Position numbers and translations under genes: made by a program. Under the pieces are notes generated by a model, which worked only from the letters and a program-made list of their open reading frames with translations, searched no databases and was not told the origin of the DNA. A stretch of DNA of 64,000 nt from Camelus ferus. Lineage: Eukaryota. Of the stretch, positions 25,601 through 38,040 are shown piece by piece (the stretch's first letter is position 1; the number at the start of each line of letters is the position of its first letter). Where the stretch lies: assembly GCF_009834535.1 (NCBI RefSeq), contig NC_045697.1, positions 75,022,001 to 75,086,000 of the forward strand, in the 5' to 3' direction.

Positions 25601-26199
25601 TATAATCAGATTAAATATATAATCTTATTCAGGATCTTGTATATATTTATATAAATTCATTTGGTAGTTATATTTTATCTAAATTCTAAAATATGACCTG
25701 TGGATTCTGTCAAAATCACGTAATCTGCCTCATTAGTTTTTAGGTTGTCTAACTAACCATTTACTCTAATACAGGAGATTATTTAGTAGATTTTTTTCCC
25801 CATTAATTTTCCACAAAAAGGAAGCAGGCTTGGCAGGCTGTGTAATGTAGAAGTAAACATCAGTGAATTAGCAGTGAATTGATTTGAAAAGTCCAAGGGG
25901 AAGGTGATGAGTAAATGTAGAGTCCCTAGCAGCTACTAGAGTAGTTGTAGCAAGAGCCTTGAATAATTAATCAGTTTTCTATAAATTCACCCCAATTAAC
26001 TAAGAAAAATTTCCTGTTAGCTAAAACTGAAACATTGGATCTAAAAGTCAAAACAGAAAATGACTTGAAAAATGAAAGGAAAAAGAGAAGGAAGACTTGT
26101 ATAAGAATAGGAGGAGTAAAGCAGACAGATGTATGAAAATTGCTTTATCCTCAGGACCTTTTCTTGGTACTTTCCATAACTTATTTAATTATACAGCAA

Positions 26200-26830
26200 C
26201 GTAACATGATAATGTTTTTCCAAGCCAAAAGAGAGAATCCATTAGGAAGAGAGAATTCGGTGAGAAGAGGACCAATGGCAGACACATTTTTATGGATGAC
26301 TAGAGAAGAGGAACTTGCAAAAAAGCATGAGAAGAGCATTCTGAGAGGGAAGAGAGTCAAGATAGAGTGAGCAATGGCGAAGGGAGGTGGTCAACAGCAT
26401 AAACTTTGTAGATTAGTCAGTGACTGCAGGGTATAAGAAAAATCTACTTGTTTGGACAAGTAAGAATTTGGAGATGTTGAAGAAAGTGGGACAAAGGTGG
26501 GACAGAATATAAATTGCAGACGGTTAAGGAATAAGTATATGATGAGGGAGTGGAGAAGAAAACTAATTCTGCGAAGAGAAAAATTGCTCATAGCTTGACG
26601 ATGCAGCAGTAAAGGAATGTGTCAATGGAGGGGACTCACTGATGATGTGGGAAATTGAAATGGGAATAAAATGATGGGAAAAGCACTAATGGAATGAAAA
26701 GGCCAGCTGGAGGATTAGCATTGCAAAGACACAATGTTAAAAAATAAAAAAAAGTTCAGAGTATTTACACTGCAGGAGCTCAGTCTTCTGAGTGAAGCAA
26801 GAGGTAAAATCAACTGCTGAGAATGAGGGA
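26200..26830 (-). mobile_element. LINE-2 remnant
   Basis: Purine-rich antisense L2 pattern (GGATGACTAGAGAAGAGGAACTTGCAAAA...TCTTCTGAGTGAAGCAAGAGGTAAAATCAACTGCTGAGAATGAGGG). Confidence 0.55.
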
Positions 26831-27267
26831 TGCAATACATCTTGTATTTCTGAAATAAAATTGGCTATGTATTATATTTTATGAGAGACTGCTGGATTCA
26901 ATTTGCTAAACCTTAATTTAGGTTTAAGAATTTAGCACTTACATTCATTCAGTGAGGTTGGCTTACTTAATTTTTTGAATATCTTGTTGGGTTTTGGCAT
27001 TAATCATAATAATAGCGATTTTTCAAACATTTTATGTATGTGAAAATTATCTGTTCCTTCAGAGTTTAAGAGGTCATTTGTAAAGCTTTTGAGGTGGGTA
27101 CATTTTCAGAACAAAGTTCTTGGAAAAAACTTTAGCTTCTATCCTGATTATAATTCCACTCAGGCCTTCTATTTCTTTTTCTTTTTCTTTTTTTTTTTTT
27201 ACTTGAAGTATAATTTATTTACAATGTTGTAATAGTTTTTAGGTGCACCACAAAGTGATTCAGTTAT

Positions 27268-27309
27268 ATGTGTGTGTGTGTGTGTGTGTGTATGTCTGTG
27301 TGTGTGTGT
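27268..27309. repeat. Imperfect (TG)n microsatellite in the L1 3'UTR
   Basis: Directly visible TG run with two interruptions. Confidence 0.95.
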
Positions 27310-27311
27310 AA

Positions 27312-27362
27312 ATATATGTTCATATATATGTTCTTTTTCAGAACATATATATGAACATATAT
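27312..27362. repeat. Perfect 23-bp inverted repeat with a 5-nt spacer
   Basis: ATATATGTTCATATATATGTTCT-TTTTC-AGAACATATATATGAACATATAT. Confidence 0.95.
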
Positions 27363-29809
27363 AGGTTTTCCCTTATAGGTTATTACAAGGTAATGAATAT
27401 AGTCCCCTGTGCTATAAGTAGGTCCTTGTTGTTTATTTTATATATAGTAGTGTGTATCTGCTAATCCTAAACTCCTAATTTATCCTTCCCTCCACCCTCC
27501 CTTTCCCCTCTGGGAACCAAAATATTTTTTATTATGTCTATGAGTCTATTTCTGTTTTGTAAATAAGTTTATTTTTATCATTTTTTAGACTCCATGTATA
27601 AGTGATACTGTGTGATATTTGTCTTTCTCAGATTTACTTCACTTAGTATGAAACTCTCTAGGTCCATCCGTATTGTCGTGAATGGCATTGTTTCGTTTTT
27701 TTAATGTCTGAGTAATCTTCCATTGTATGTATATGCCACATCTTCCTTATCTGTTCAGCTGTTGATGGACACTTAGGTTGCTTCCATGCTTGGCTATTGT
27801 AAATAGTGCCACTGTGAACATTGGGGTGCATATATCTTTTTGTTTTAGAGTTTTCTCTGGTTATATGCCCAGGAGTGGAATTGCTGGATCATATGGTAAT
27901 TTGATTTGCTCTATTTTCAGCTTTTTAAGGAACCTCCATACTGTTCTCCATAGTGGCTACACCAGTTTACATTCCCACCAACAGTATAGGAGGGTTCTCT
28001 TTTCTCCATACCCTCTCCAGCATTTATTATTTGTAGCCTTTTTGGTAATGACCATTCTGACTGGCATGAGGTGATACCTCATTGCAGTTTTGATTTGCAT
28101 TTCTTTAATAATTAGCAGTGTTGAACACCTCTTCATGTACCTGTTGGCCATCTGTGCATATCTGCAGAAATGTCTATTTAGGTCTTCTGCCCATTTTTTG
28201 ATTGGGTGGTTGGTTTGTTTTGATACTGAGCTGTATGAACTGTTTGTATAATTTGGAAATTAACTCTTTGTCAGCTGCATCATTTGCCAATATTTTATCC
28301 CAACTTAGGTTGTCTTTTCATTTTATTTATGGTTTTCTTCGCTGTGCAAAGCTTTTAAATTTAATTGGATCCATTTGCTTATTTTTGCTTTTATTTCCTT
28401 TGCTTCAGGAGACATCCAAAAATTATTACTGTGAGTTATGTTTTTCTGTAGGAGTTTTATAGTATCCAGTCTTATATTTAGGTCTTTAATCCATTTTGAG
28501 TTTATTTTTGTATATGGTCTTACAGAATTTTCTAATTTCATTCTTTTACATGTAGCTGTTCCATTTCCCCAACACCACTTATTGAAGACACTGTCTTTTC
28601 TCCATTGTATACTCTTGCTTCCTTTGTCATAGATTAATTGACCGTAAGTGTGTGGGTTTATTTCTGGACTTTCTATCCTGTTCCACTGATCTATGTGTTT
28701 TTGTGCCAGTACCAGACTGTTTTGATGACTGTAGCTTTGAAGTGTAGTCTGAAGTCAGGGAGCATGATTCCTCCAGCTCCATTTTTCTTCCTCAAGATTG
28801 TTTTGGTTATTGGGGTCTTTTGTGTTTCCATATAAATTTAAATTTTTTTTGATTCCAGTTCTGTGTGGAAGATGTCATTGGTAATTTGATAGGGATTGCA
28901 TTGATTCTGTGGATGGCTGTGCTAAGTTTGGTCATTTTAACAGTATTGATTCTGCCAATCCAAGAATCCATCTGTGGTATCTTCAGTTTCTTTCATAAGC
29001 GTCTTACACTTTTTGGAGTACAGGTCTTATGCCTCCTTAGGTAGGTTTATTTCAAGGTGTTTCATTCTTTTCGATGCAGTGGTAAATGGGATCATTTCCT
29101 TAACTTCTCTTCCTGATACTTTGCTAGTGTATAGAAATGCAACAGATTTCTATATGTTAATTTTGTATCCTGCAGCTTTACCAAATTAATTGATGAGCTG
29201 TAGTATTCTGGTGACTTCTTTAGGATTTTCTGTGTATAGTAGCACGTCATCTGTAAACAGTGGCAATTTTACTTCTTCCTTTCCAATTTAGATTCCATTA
29301 ATTTTGTTTTCTTCTCTGATTGCTGTGCTAGGACTTCCAAAACTATGTTGAAAAAAGTGGCAAGAGTGTGCATCCTTGTCTTGTTTCTGATATTAGAGGG
29401 AATGCTTTCAGCCTTTCATCATTGACTGTGATGTTAACTGTAGGTTTGTCATTTATGGCCTTTATTATGTTGAGGTATGTTCCCTCTCTGCCCACTTTCT
29501 GGAAAGATTTTATCATAATTGGGTGTTAGGCCTTCTGTTTCTTTGTGTCTTTGTAAAATGATCATGTTGTTATTTTTCATTTTCTCACTGATGCAAGAGT
29601 TATCTAAGAATCTTTTAAAATTTCCTAGTGATTATTTATTTTAAAATTTAATTTCTTATTAATTTTAAAATTTAATTCATTTGTAATCACAAATGAGACC
29701 TGCACAACTTCCACTATTAGGAATTATTGATATTTTATGTGGCTTGATATAAAATAGGTATGTAAATAAGTATCATATATATATGTATATATGTGTGTGT
29801 ATATGTATA

Positions 29810-30965
29810 TGTAACCTGAAAATGATTGAAGACCTAACCATGAGGTAAACTATAAACCTCTTGGAGGAAACCATAGGGCAAAAGCTTCATGGCACTGGAT
29901 TTGGCAATGATTTCTTAGATATGACACCAAAAACACAGTTATAACAAAAGAAAAAAATAGATAAGTTGGACTTCATTGAAACTAAAAACTTCTGTGCATT
30001 AAAGGACACAATTAACATATTTAAAAGGCCACCCACAGAATGGGAAAAAATATTTGCTAGTCATATATCTGATAAGGGATTCATATCTGGAATATATAAA
30101 GAAGTATAATTCAACAACAATAAGAACAACTGAATTTAAAAATGGGCAAAGAATTTGGACAGAAAATTCACAGAAAGGTATAAAAAGGCCAACATGAATA
30201 TGAATATAAATTGCCAGTTCGTGGGGAATATCAAAGTCACAAACATGAGATCCTACTTCCTACCTATTAGAATGGCTGTTATGAAAAAATCAAGAGATAA
30301 ATGTTGGTGAGAACATGGAGAAATTGGAATACTTGTGCCTTGCTGGTGGGAATGTAAAACGGTACAGCAACTTTGAAAAAGTGTAAAAGTTATTCAAAAA
30401 CTTTAACATAGAATTGACATATTATCCTGAAATTCTGCTTCTGGGTACATACCCTAAAGAAGTGAAAGCACGGGGAGTCAAACAGATATTTGTACACACA
30501 TGTGCATAGCAGCATTAATCACAATAGTCAATAGGTGGAAGCAACCCAAGCATCTGTCAGTAGATGAATGGATAAATATATATGCAATGAAATAATAATT
30601 AGCCTTAAAAAGAAAGGAAGTTCTCACACATGTTGCAGCATATATGAACCTTCAGGACATTATGATAAGTGAAATAAACCAGTCATAAAGAGACAAATGC
30701 TATATGATTCCTTTTATATGAAGTTTCTAGAGTAATCCAATTCATAGAGATAGAAAATAGAATGTTTGTTTCCAGAGGCTGGAGGGAGGAAAAAATTGGG
30801 AGTTAGTGTTTAATGGGTATGGAATTTCAGTTGGGGATGATGAAAAACCTTTGGAGACAAATGGTGGTGATGGTTGCACAAATGTGAATGTACAGAACTG
30901 TAGACATAAAAATGGTTAAAATGATAAATTTTATGTTATACATTTTACTACAATAAAAATGGTTA
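29810..30965 (+). mobile_element. L1MB-type 3' fragment (end of ORF2 plus 3'UTR)
   Basis: AAACTATAAACCTCTTGGAGGAAACCATAGGGCAAAAGCTTCATG...GGAAGCAACCCAAG...AAAATGGTTAAAATGATAAATTTTATGTTATACATTTTACTACAATAAAAA. Confidence 0.9.
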
Positions 30966-31994
30966 AAAAATCAGAGGGATGACAACAATACATTTATTCA
31001 AAAATACTGTTGATGCTAAAAGCAAAAAATAAAAATAATGGCTTTCATATTATATAAAAGAGCAAACAAAGACAACAGCAAAGAGGAATTAAAGACAAAC
31101 TGTAACAAGTTAACAGAGTGTGACGGAGAAATGATATGGTATATCTGGATGATATAATTAATAGGAAATTTAAAATTTTAGTCTACCCTGTAGCCTACAG
31201 TGTATACACACAAGAAACATATATCCTTTTTCAAAGGATTAAATTGTTTTGCACAGTTCAGGGCATTTCCTAAAATATTCCTGAATTTCTTACAGGGAAA
31301 TAGTGAAATACTTAAGCATTCACCGAAATTAACTAAGTAAAACTCATCTTTATTTTTAAAAATTTAAGACAGATTCAGTGATCTTCCAAAGAAGAACCAA
31401 AATCACCTGCCCAATGAGTCATGGTTGTGATGTTTTCATTATGTAATGGTGAATAATCCAAAATGATGTAACACTAAAGAGGAACTAAAGACCCACGTGG
31501 TCAGAATGCATGGTCATCTCTCAGAACTGACAGATGCTACATCTAAACAGTTGTCTTTCTGATTGCTGAGATTCATCTAAAACAAGAATCAAGAAATTAA
31601 AAAGTGATATTTCTTAAAGAATTCATTTATGTTATTTATTCTTATTTACCTCAGTTCTATAAATAGGCCATATTTTTAGAAAATGTTCATATAAGCCTAT
31701 AGACACTTGTTCCTTGTTTTCAGACTGCAGTACTCCTAAAATTGCCTTGGAAATCTGATTGTTCATATTAAATGCATTTTAGTTCTCTGGTTCAGGAATA
31801 GAGCCAAATTCTTATAGGTGGTAGATTCATTTAGAGTACATCATGTTAACGTGTTTAATTAGTGTTGATTAAGCTCTTTGGATTCTCAAGCTCCTGGTTA
31901 ATTTTCTTTGTTACTTATTCTGCAAAAAAAAAAAAAAAAGATTAAATGGGTTAGAATGGTAGAATGCAAACAATAACAAAACAATTTGGTTCCT

Positions 31995-32220
31995 CTCTAC
32001 TTCTTCTACCCTGTTTCATTTTTTTCAACAACACTTTTTGCCTGACGTTTTGCTATATATACATATACTTTTTAACTTTTTTTTGTTATCTTTCTCCCCC
32101 ATGAAAATAAGCTTCATTGGACAGGTCTGTCTTTTACACCACTCTTATACTCAATGTCTAGAGCAATGTCTAGCATACTGAAGGTACTCAAAAAATACAC
32201 AATGAACGAAATAAAGAGAT
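31995..32220 (+). mobile_element. LINE-2 3' end
   Basis: AATAAGCTTCATTGGACAGG...CAATGTCTAGAGCAATGTCTAGCATACTGAAGGTACTCAAAAAATA. Confidence 0.6.
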
Positions 32221-32301
32221 GAACTGGTTAGCTAATACTCTTTACCTGATTGATAAAGTCAGAAGGTATAGTGAATCTTTATTTTCAAAGTGGAAGAGAT
32301 G

Positions 32302-33336
32302 CTAAAAATAGACAAATGGAGCTACATCAAACTAGAAAACTTACGTACAGCAAAGGAAATAGTCAATAGAGCTTAAAAGGCAACATATAGAATGGCAGAA
32401 AATATTTGCAAATCATATATCTGTTAAGGGGTTAATTTCCAAAATAAATAAGGAATTACTACAACTAGCAGAAATACCAATAACCTAATTTAAAGATGGA
32501 CTAAGTACTTGAATAGACATTTCTCCAAAGATGACATTCAAGTGGCCAAAAGATGTATGAAAACATGATCAGTATCACAAATCATCAGGGAACTGAAAAT
32601 CAAAACCAGAGTGAGATATCACCTCACCCCAGTTAGGATGGCCATTATCCAACAAACAAAAGGCAAATATTGGCAGTGTTGTGGAGAAATCAAGACCCTT
32701 GTACACTACTGGGAGTGCAAAATGGTGTAGCTGCTGTGGAAAACAGTATGGAGATTCCTCAAAAAATTAAAAATAAAACTACCATATGATCCAGCAGTTG
32801 CACTTCTAGTTATTCCAAAGAATTGTAATTAGGATCTCCAAAAGGTATTAGCACTCCTATGTTCATTGCAGCACTATTCACAATAGCCAAAATATGGAAG
32901 CAACCTAAATGTCCATCAACAGATGAATAGATTAAAAAATGTGGTGTATGTATAATGGAATATTATTCAGCCTTGTAAAAGAAGGAAATCTCACAATAAA
33001 TGACAACATGGCTAAACCTTGAGGACATTATACTAAGAGAAATAAACCAGTCACAGAAGGACAAGTACCGCATGATTCCATGTATATGTGGTATCTAGAA
33101 GATTCAAATTCAGGGAAGCAAAGAGTAGAATTGTGGTTGCTGGGGGTGCGGGGTGGGGAACAGGAAAAGAGAGCTGCTAACAATAAGTATAAAATTTCCA
33201 TGTACAAGATGAATAAATTCCAGAGATTATCTATACCATATTATATGTACAGATATCAATATGATATTGTACACATAAAAATCTGTTGAGAGTAGATCTC
33301 ATAGTAAGTGTTCTTACTATAATAAAACAAAATAAA
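32302..33336 (+). mobile_element. L1MA/L1MB-type 3' fragment
   Basis: AAAAATAGACAAATGGAGCTACATCAAACTAGAAAACTT...GAATAGACATTTCTCCAAAGA...GAGTAGATCTCATAGTAAGTGTTCTTACTATAATAAAA. Confidence 0.9.
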
Positions 33337-36300
33337 GGAGATGAGAGGAAGTAGCACACAGGATACAACTCTAAGGAGAGTCTTTGGGTTTTAAGGAGAG
33401 AGCTTTGCATGGCAGCATGTGTTTAAATCTACAATTTAGCAGCAAAACGATCATAGGAAAATTGCAGTGATGATATAGGTTGAATTTATTAGCTGAATTT
33501 CAGCCGATGCTCCTGGGTCTTAGTCAATTTTACTGCTGTACAATTGACTCCCAGCTGATTGACTCAAATAAACAGAAAGATTCTATTCTATTTCTGCTGC
33601 TTAATGTGATTGGGCTCCCATGAGCTTCAGAAAAAAATGAAAAGGAGAAAAACAATTAATTCTTCTCTGAAAAAGGTAACAGATGTTTCTTATGCTATCA
33701 GATGATTGAGGAAGCAAAGTACATCTGGTCATTAAAACCTGTAAAATAGTTGTATGATTTATTTAGAGGAGAGTGGATACTTCATTGATTTTGGAAGGGA
33801 TGGGTACTTATGTTTAACTTTTACTAACATTTCAGTAGTGAAGATAAACCAAAATTAAACTAGCAGGTGTTAGTAAGTGCATTTCTGAAAGTGAAGTTTT
33901 TTTGGGTCAGGATGGGTGGTGGAGGAGGGCTTTACTCCAGTGAAATAAGCTGCCTTATGTTTCAAGATTTTAAACATTTTAAATCTATATAGTTTTTACT
34001 ATTGCTACCTATAAATGTATGGTGGAGAGACTTAACTTGAAATAGTAAGAACATAGAGATCTTACAATTAAAAATAACATTTCAACAACAATAATAAGCG
34101 TATTACCATGTTCATTATCCAGGTTGCCTCCTCTCCATTTCAATCATGAATTGAATTGTGCCAGATATCTGAGTTTAAAGTATTAGGTATTTGAATTCCT
34201 TATTAGGGTAAAAACCTTGTTTTCAGAATTAGCTCTTTTTTTGTAAATTGTGCATCATTATCACTTTTATATAATAATTTATAATTTTATATCCCTTAAA
34301 ATTCATGCTTTTCTTCCCTTTGCTTAAACAGTTTTATCTTTAGAAACAAGAAATGCATTCATCTCATGAAATGTTCTTTTGGAAAGTATGTCCATTATGT
34401 AAATCTGCTCTATCTTCGAAGACTTATAAACAAAGGGAAAACTGAACATCTATTTAGGAAAGAAAAGATTCCAGAGTTTTTAGTTAGTGTGTTTTTCTAA
34501 GTTAGTAGAGTATCAGAACCCTCCAATTTAAGAGAATTCTCATTTGTGTTTATTTACTTTTCTTTATTGGCTCCAACAATAAATGTAGGTGTTAGTTGAA
34601 CTCACCTATGTTCTTTAATAATTTCCTTCCTATGAAATATACTTCCTGAGTGTGATGATATTTTGTGTGAGGCAATTTCCCTTGTTTCCTAATTTGAGGA
34701 TTGTTCTCCCCAGTTTGAAATCTTCTCCCACTTGAGCAGTTTATCTCAGTGCACTTTTATTAACCACCTCCATTATTAAGTGGAAGTGATGATAATAGTG
34801 GGACCTGCTTCAAGATACAGGCAATGAGGAAAACTGAACACTTGGATTGTTTTCTTCCCTTTCATTGGCCAGCTATCAGAGTCTACCATTCAGCTTGATT
34901 TAGGCTCAGGTTATAATGAAGAACTTTAAACTTTAAAACTAGAAAAGACTGAAAGATTAAGAAATGCTGTACTTGTTCAAACTCAAGAGCCTCATGGTTT
35001 TATGAAGTCAATCTCATTCAGTACGAAACTGGATCCAAAATGGATATTTTTCTCCCAGAAGCTGCAGTCTGGGTGAGGAGACAGATACAAACAATGAGTA
35101 CAGTAAAGATGGCAATGAGTGCTGTAATGGGGGAAATTAGTCTTGAGGGAGTAGAGGAAGGAAGACAAACTGTGATGAATTGCATTTGTGAAGGTCTTAT
35201 TGAGAAAAGGGGCATTTGAATTGTGACTTGAAATGTACCTAGGACTTTCAGTCAGATGTAGGTGTTAGGATGTCTTTAAAGTTGTTCAGGGGGTATTCCA
35301 GTGTCCAGAATCTCAGCTGCTCCAGAGTTGGGTAATGTGTGACTCCTGAGACTAAATTTTATCTAGTTAATGGATAACCTGTCATAACCTTCTGAACCTT
35401 TCACCTTTAGATGGTCTGTGGTCTAGATCCTGGGTCTTTGCTGACTCACCTGATCACACTTAACATATGCAGAAACCTAAGTCCAAGAGGTCTAGTAACA
35501 CTTTGATTCTTTGTTGTGTGCCAAAATTAAGAGTGACATGAATTCACTGGGGAAAACCAGAGAAGAAATTACAGGGAAAAGCAAAAGTTATTTTTCCGGA
35601 TAAGTTGTTTTACCCCTGGCTCTCCACCATCCTATTCTGAGGTTGAATATGATATGAGTGGGTTAATTTATTAGGTTTTGCTGGAAGGTGGAAGAATTAG
35701 AAGGAAACTTGAGAAAATTTATATTATTATTGGAGCTGTTACACTTTCTCTTTTCAGTAAGGATTTGAATGGATCATTACTTGACTTCCATGGCATGAGC
35801 TGTATCAGGTTAATAAGATCTAAGGTTTTGCCTTTGACTGCAGTCTAACATCTGCCTAGTTTCCTTGTCTGCACTCAGCCACCAGGAGCTTGCTGGAGAA
35901 AAGTTACTAAACTCAAAATCATCCCATTGTGTTTATGACAAACTATTGTTCTTAGGTCAGTTGGTGAGTATTTACTTCACCTTCCTTTAGGAATATCCTA
36001 TTTCTGTAAGGGTTACCAGCTTCCAAGCAAAACCTTCAGCTGTTTTACCTTACTGATCTATTTGACATGCTTACAAATGTTTGGAATTTTATCACACCCA
36101 ATTCAGGCTGACTTTTGGAACCTCCCACCTCCCACCTCCATATTTAAAACTATTTACTTGGCTCACCCAGGGACACACAGAAAATTAGATAGTTCTTCTG
36201 CTTTTAATCCACCGGGGGACACTACATGTAGTCACTCACCCACTTGCAGAAAGCTGGAAAATTATTACCATGTGAGTAGAAAGAAGTAATAATAACATTT

Positions 36301-36734
36301 ACTTGTTATGGCATGGGTGACTAATTTAAATGCTTTCAGGGACCGGGCAATACAAAACAAAACAAAACACTGAAGCTGGCAAGTGAAATTCAAAAGGTGG
36401 TGGTAGTTGGACATGTGATGAACTTCTACCATCTTATCCATCATAATGCATTAAAAAAATTGTATTGAGTGGACCCCCAAAATATGTCTGTGGGCCAAAT
36501 GTGCTTCAAAAGCTGAGGTATTTAATGTTTCTGAGGACAAAAATAATATGAGATCCTTGGGTGAATGAGTGAGTGTTAAATGAGACTTAAAAGAGTGTCT
36601 AGCGAATAGTAAGTACTCTGTAATGTCACCTATTATATGAGTCCTTCCTTTGCTCATTGGAATGCAGTGTTTGCATACATTATGTTTTCATATGAACTAG
36701 AATATTTCTTTGATATCTGTCAGTTCTGGAATAG

Positions 36735-36995
36735 CTATTCATTCATTTGACAGTATTTCTGAGCAGCTGCTACATGCCAGTCGTTGTACAAGCGTTGAAA
36801 GTTCATAGGTAAACAAGATAAAGTTCTTTTCCTTAGTGGTGCTTAGTCTAATGGTAACAATAGACACTTAATATAGTTATAATAAAGTGTAATGAATACT
36901 ATAATATGAAAGCTACCAGTTGCTACAGGAACAAATTTTGGGGTACTAACCAAGGTGACAGGGAAAGCTTTGTGGAAGCATTCAGTATCCTTGCT
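36735..36995 (-). mobile_element. LINE-2 3' end
   Basis: ATTCATTCATTTGACAGTATTTCTGAGCAGCTGCTACATGCCAG...GCTTAGTCTAATGG. Confidence 0.7.
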
Positions 36996-37479
36996 GAAAT
37001 AATCATTCTAGTTGGATTTTTGTCCCTAATTGTTATACCTATGCAAGTGTTAGGTTATGTGGACTTAAAAAATACCTCATACACTGTAGTAACACAACAT
37101 GGGATGTTCAGATTTAATTAGCTATTTCTGTACCTAAAAGCATTGGTTTTATAGTGCTAAGAAATAGCATAGCAAAGACTCAGTTTCATGACTGGGGACC
37201 TGGATGTTTTATATGTATATAAATATGTATTTTTATGTAAATATATATAACTATATACATATATGTAGTTAGTGACTAGTGTGAACAGTGCTATTTTTCT
37301 TACAGTGATGGATTTGGAAACCAAAGATGTAGAAGTGGAGGTGGATCATTAAACCTTTTGACAGATTCATAAGAAATTTGTACCCATTTCTGAGACTTTT
37401 GATATAACAGTTTAGACGTTTTAGAATCTGAGGATTACGTTCACATTTATTTTCCTATGTTATTAAAAACATTAGATGT

Positions 37480-38040
37480 ATTCTGTTTCATGTTTTTAAA
37501 TCTCATGTAAAAGGGATACTACCTTAAGTATCCTTAGAATTCTTTGGTTCTGTACTACACTTTTAGTACTTCATCTGTGTGGGTAGAAGTAGCTCTACGT
37601 CATTTATTTCAACTATTATTTATTATTCCATTATGTGAATATACCATAATTTATCTTTACCATTTTGATGGACATTTAGATCACTTCTAATCTTTTTTTT
37701 TTTTTTTTTACTATACAGACAATATTATAATAAACATTCTTGTATATGTATTTTGGAATACGTAATTCTCTACATACCCAGAAGTAGAATTTCTAGGTTT
37801 TAGGGAAAAATGTCTCTTTAGCTTTCATAGATAGTACTGATAGTTCTTTAATATGATTGTACAGATTTACAACACAAAACAGTATACAGACCTTAGTATT
37901 GTCAGACTTTTCTGGTATGTACCAAACTATCTCAGCTTTGCTTTACCTTGCACTTTCCTAATTATAAGTGAGACTGATTATCTGGGTATATATTTATTGG
38001 GCATTCGGAGTTTCTCTTTTATGAATTGTCTCTTAAAATT
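37480..38040 (-). mobile_element. Old L1 (L1ME/MD-like) 3' fragment
   Basis: TATTCCATTATGTGAATATACCATAATTTATC...TGATGGACATTTAGAT...TACCCAGAAGTAGAATTTCTAGG...TTGCACTTTCCTAATTATAAGTGAG. Confidence 0.8.

Larger units (their letters stand above)
27179..29527 (-). mobile_element. 5'-truncated cetartiodactyl-type L1 (ORF2 3' part, 3'UTR, poly-A) with 17-bp target site duplication
   Basis: Minus-strand ORFs give L1 ORF2 peptides ([28 protein letters not shown]..., PYTKINSKWIKDLNIR...); T-rich tail about 27179-27200; TSD AGGCCTTCTATTTCTTT (27162-27178) / AGGCCTTCTGTTTCTTT (29528-29544); frameshifted. Confidence 0.95.
26835..29760 (-). mobile_element. Ancient L1M ORF2 fragment, split by a younger L1 (pieces about 26835-27178 and 29528-29760)
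   Basis: CTTGTATTTCTGAAATAAA...CTGCTGGATTCAATTTGCTAA...GTGAGGTTGGC antisense ORF2 motifs; the sequence appears to continue after the younger insertion. Confidence 0.55.

Noticed and set aside
27778..29189. Cluster of plus-strand hydrophobic ORFs
   Set aside because: Antisense translations of L1 ORF2, a common artefact
35757..35963. Plus-strand acceptor/donor pair (TTTTCAG ... TTG|GTGAGT)
   Set aside because: Several alternative acceptors and no recognisable peptide; cannot be distinguished from a pseudo-exon
36209..36224. CTCF-like CCACCGGGGGACACTA
   Set aside because: Two mismatches at core positions; not supportable without ChIP data
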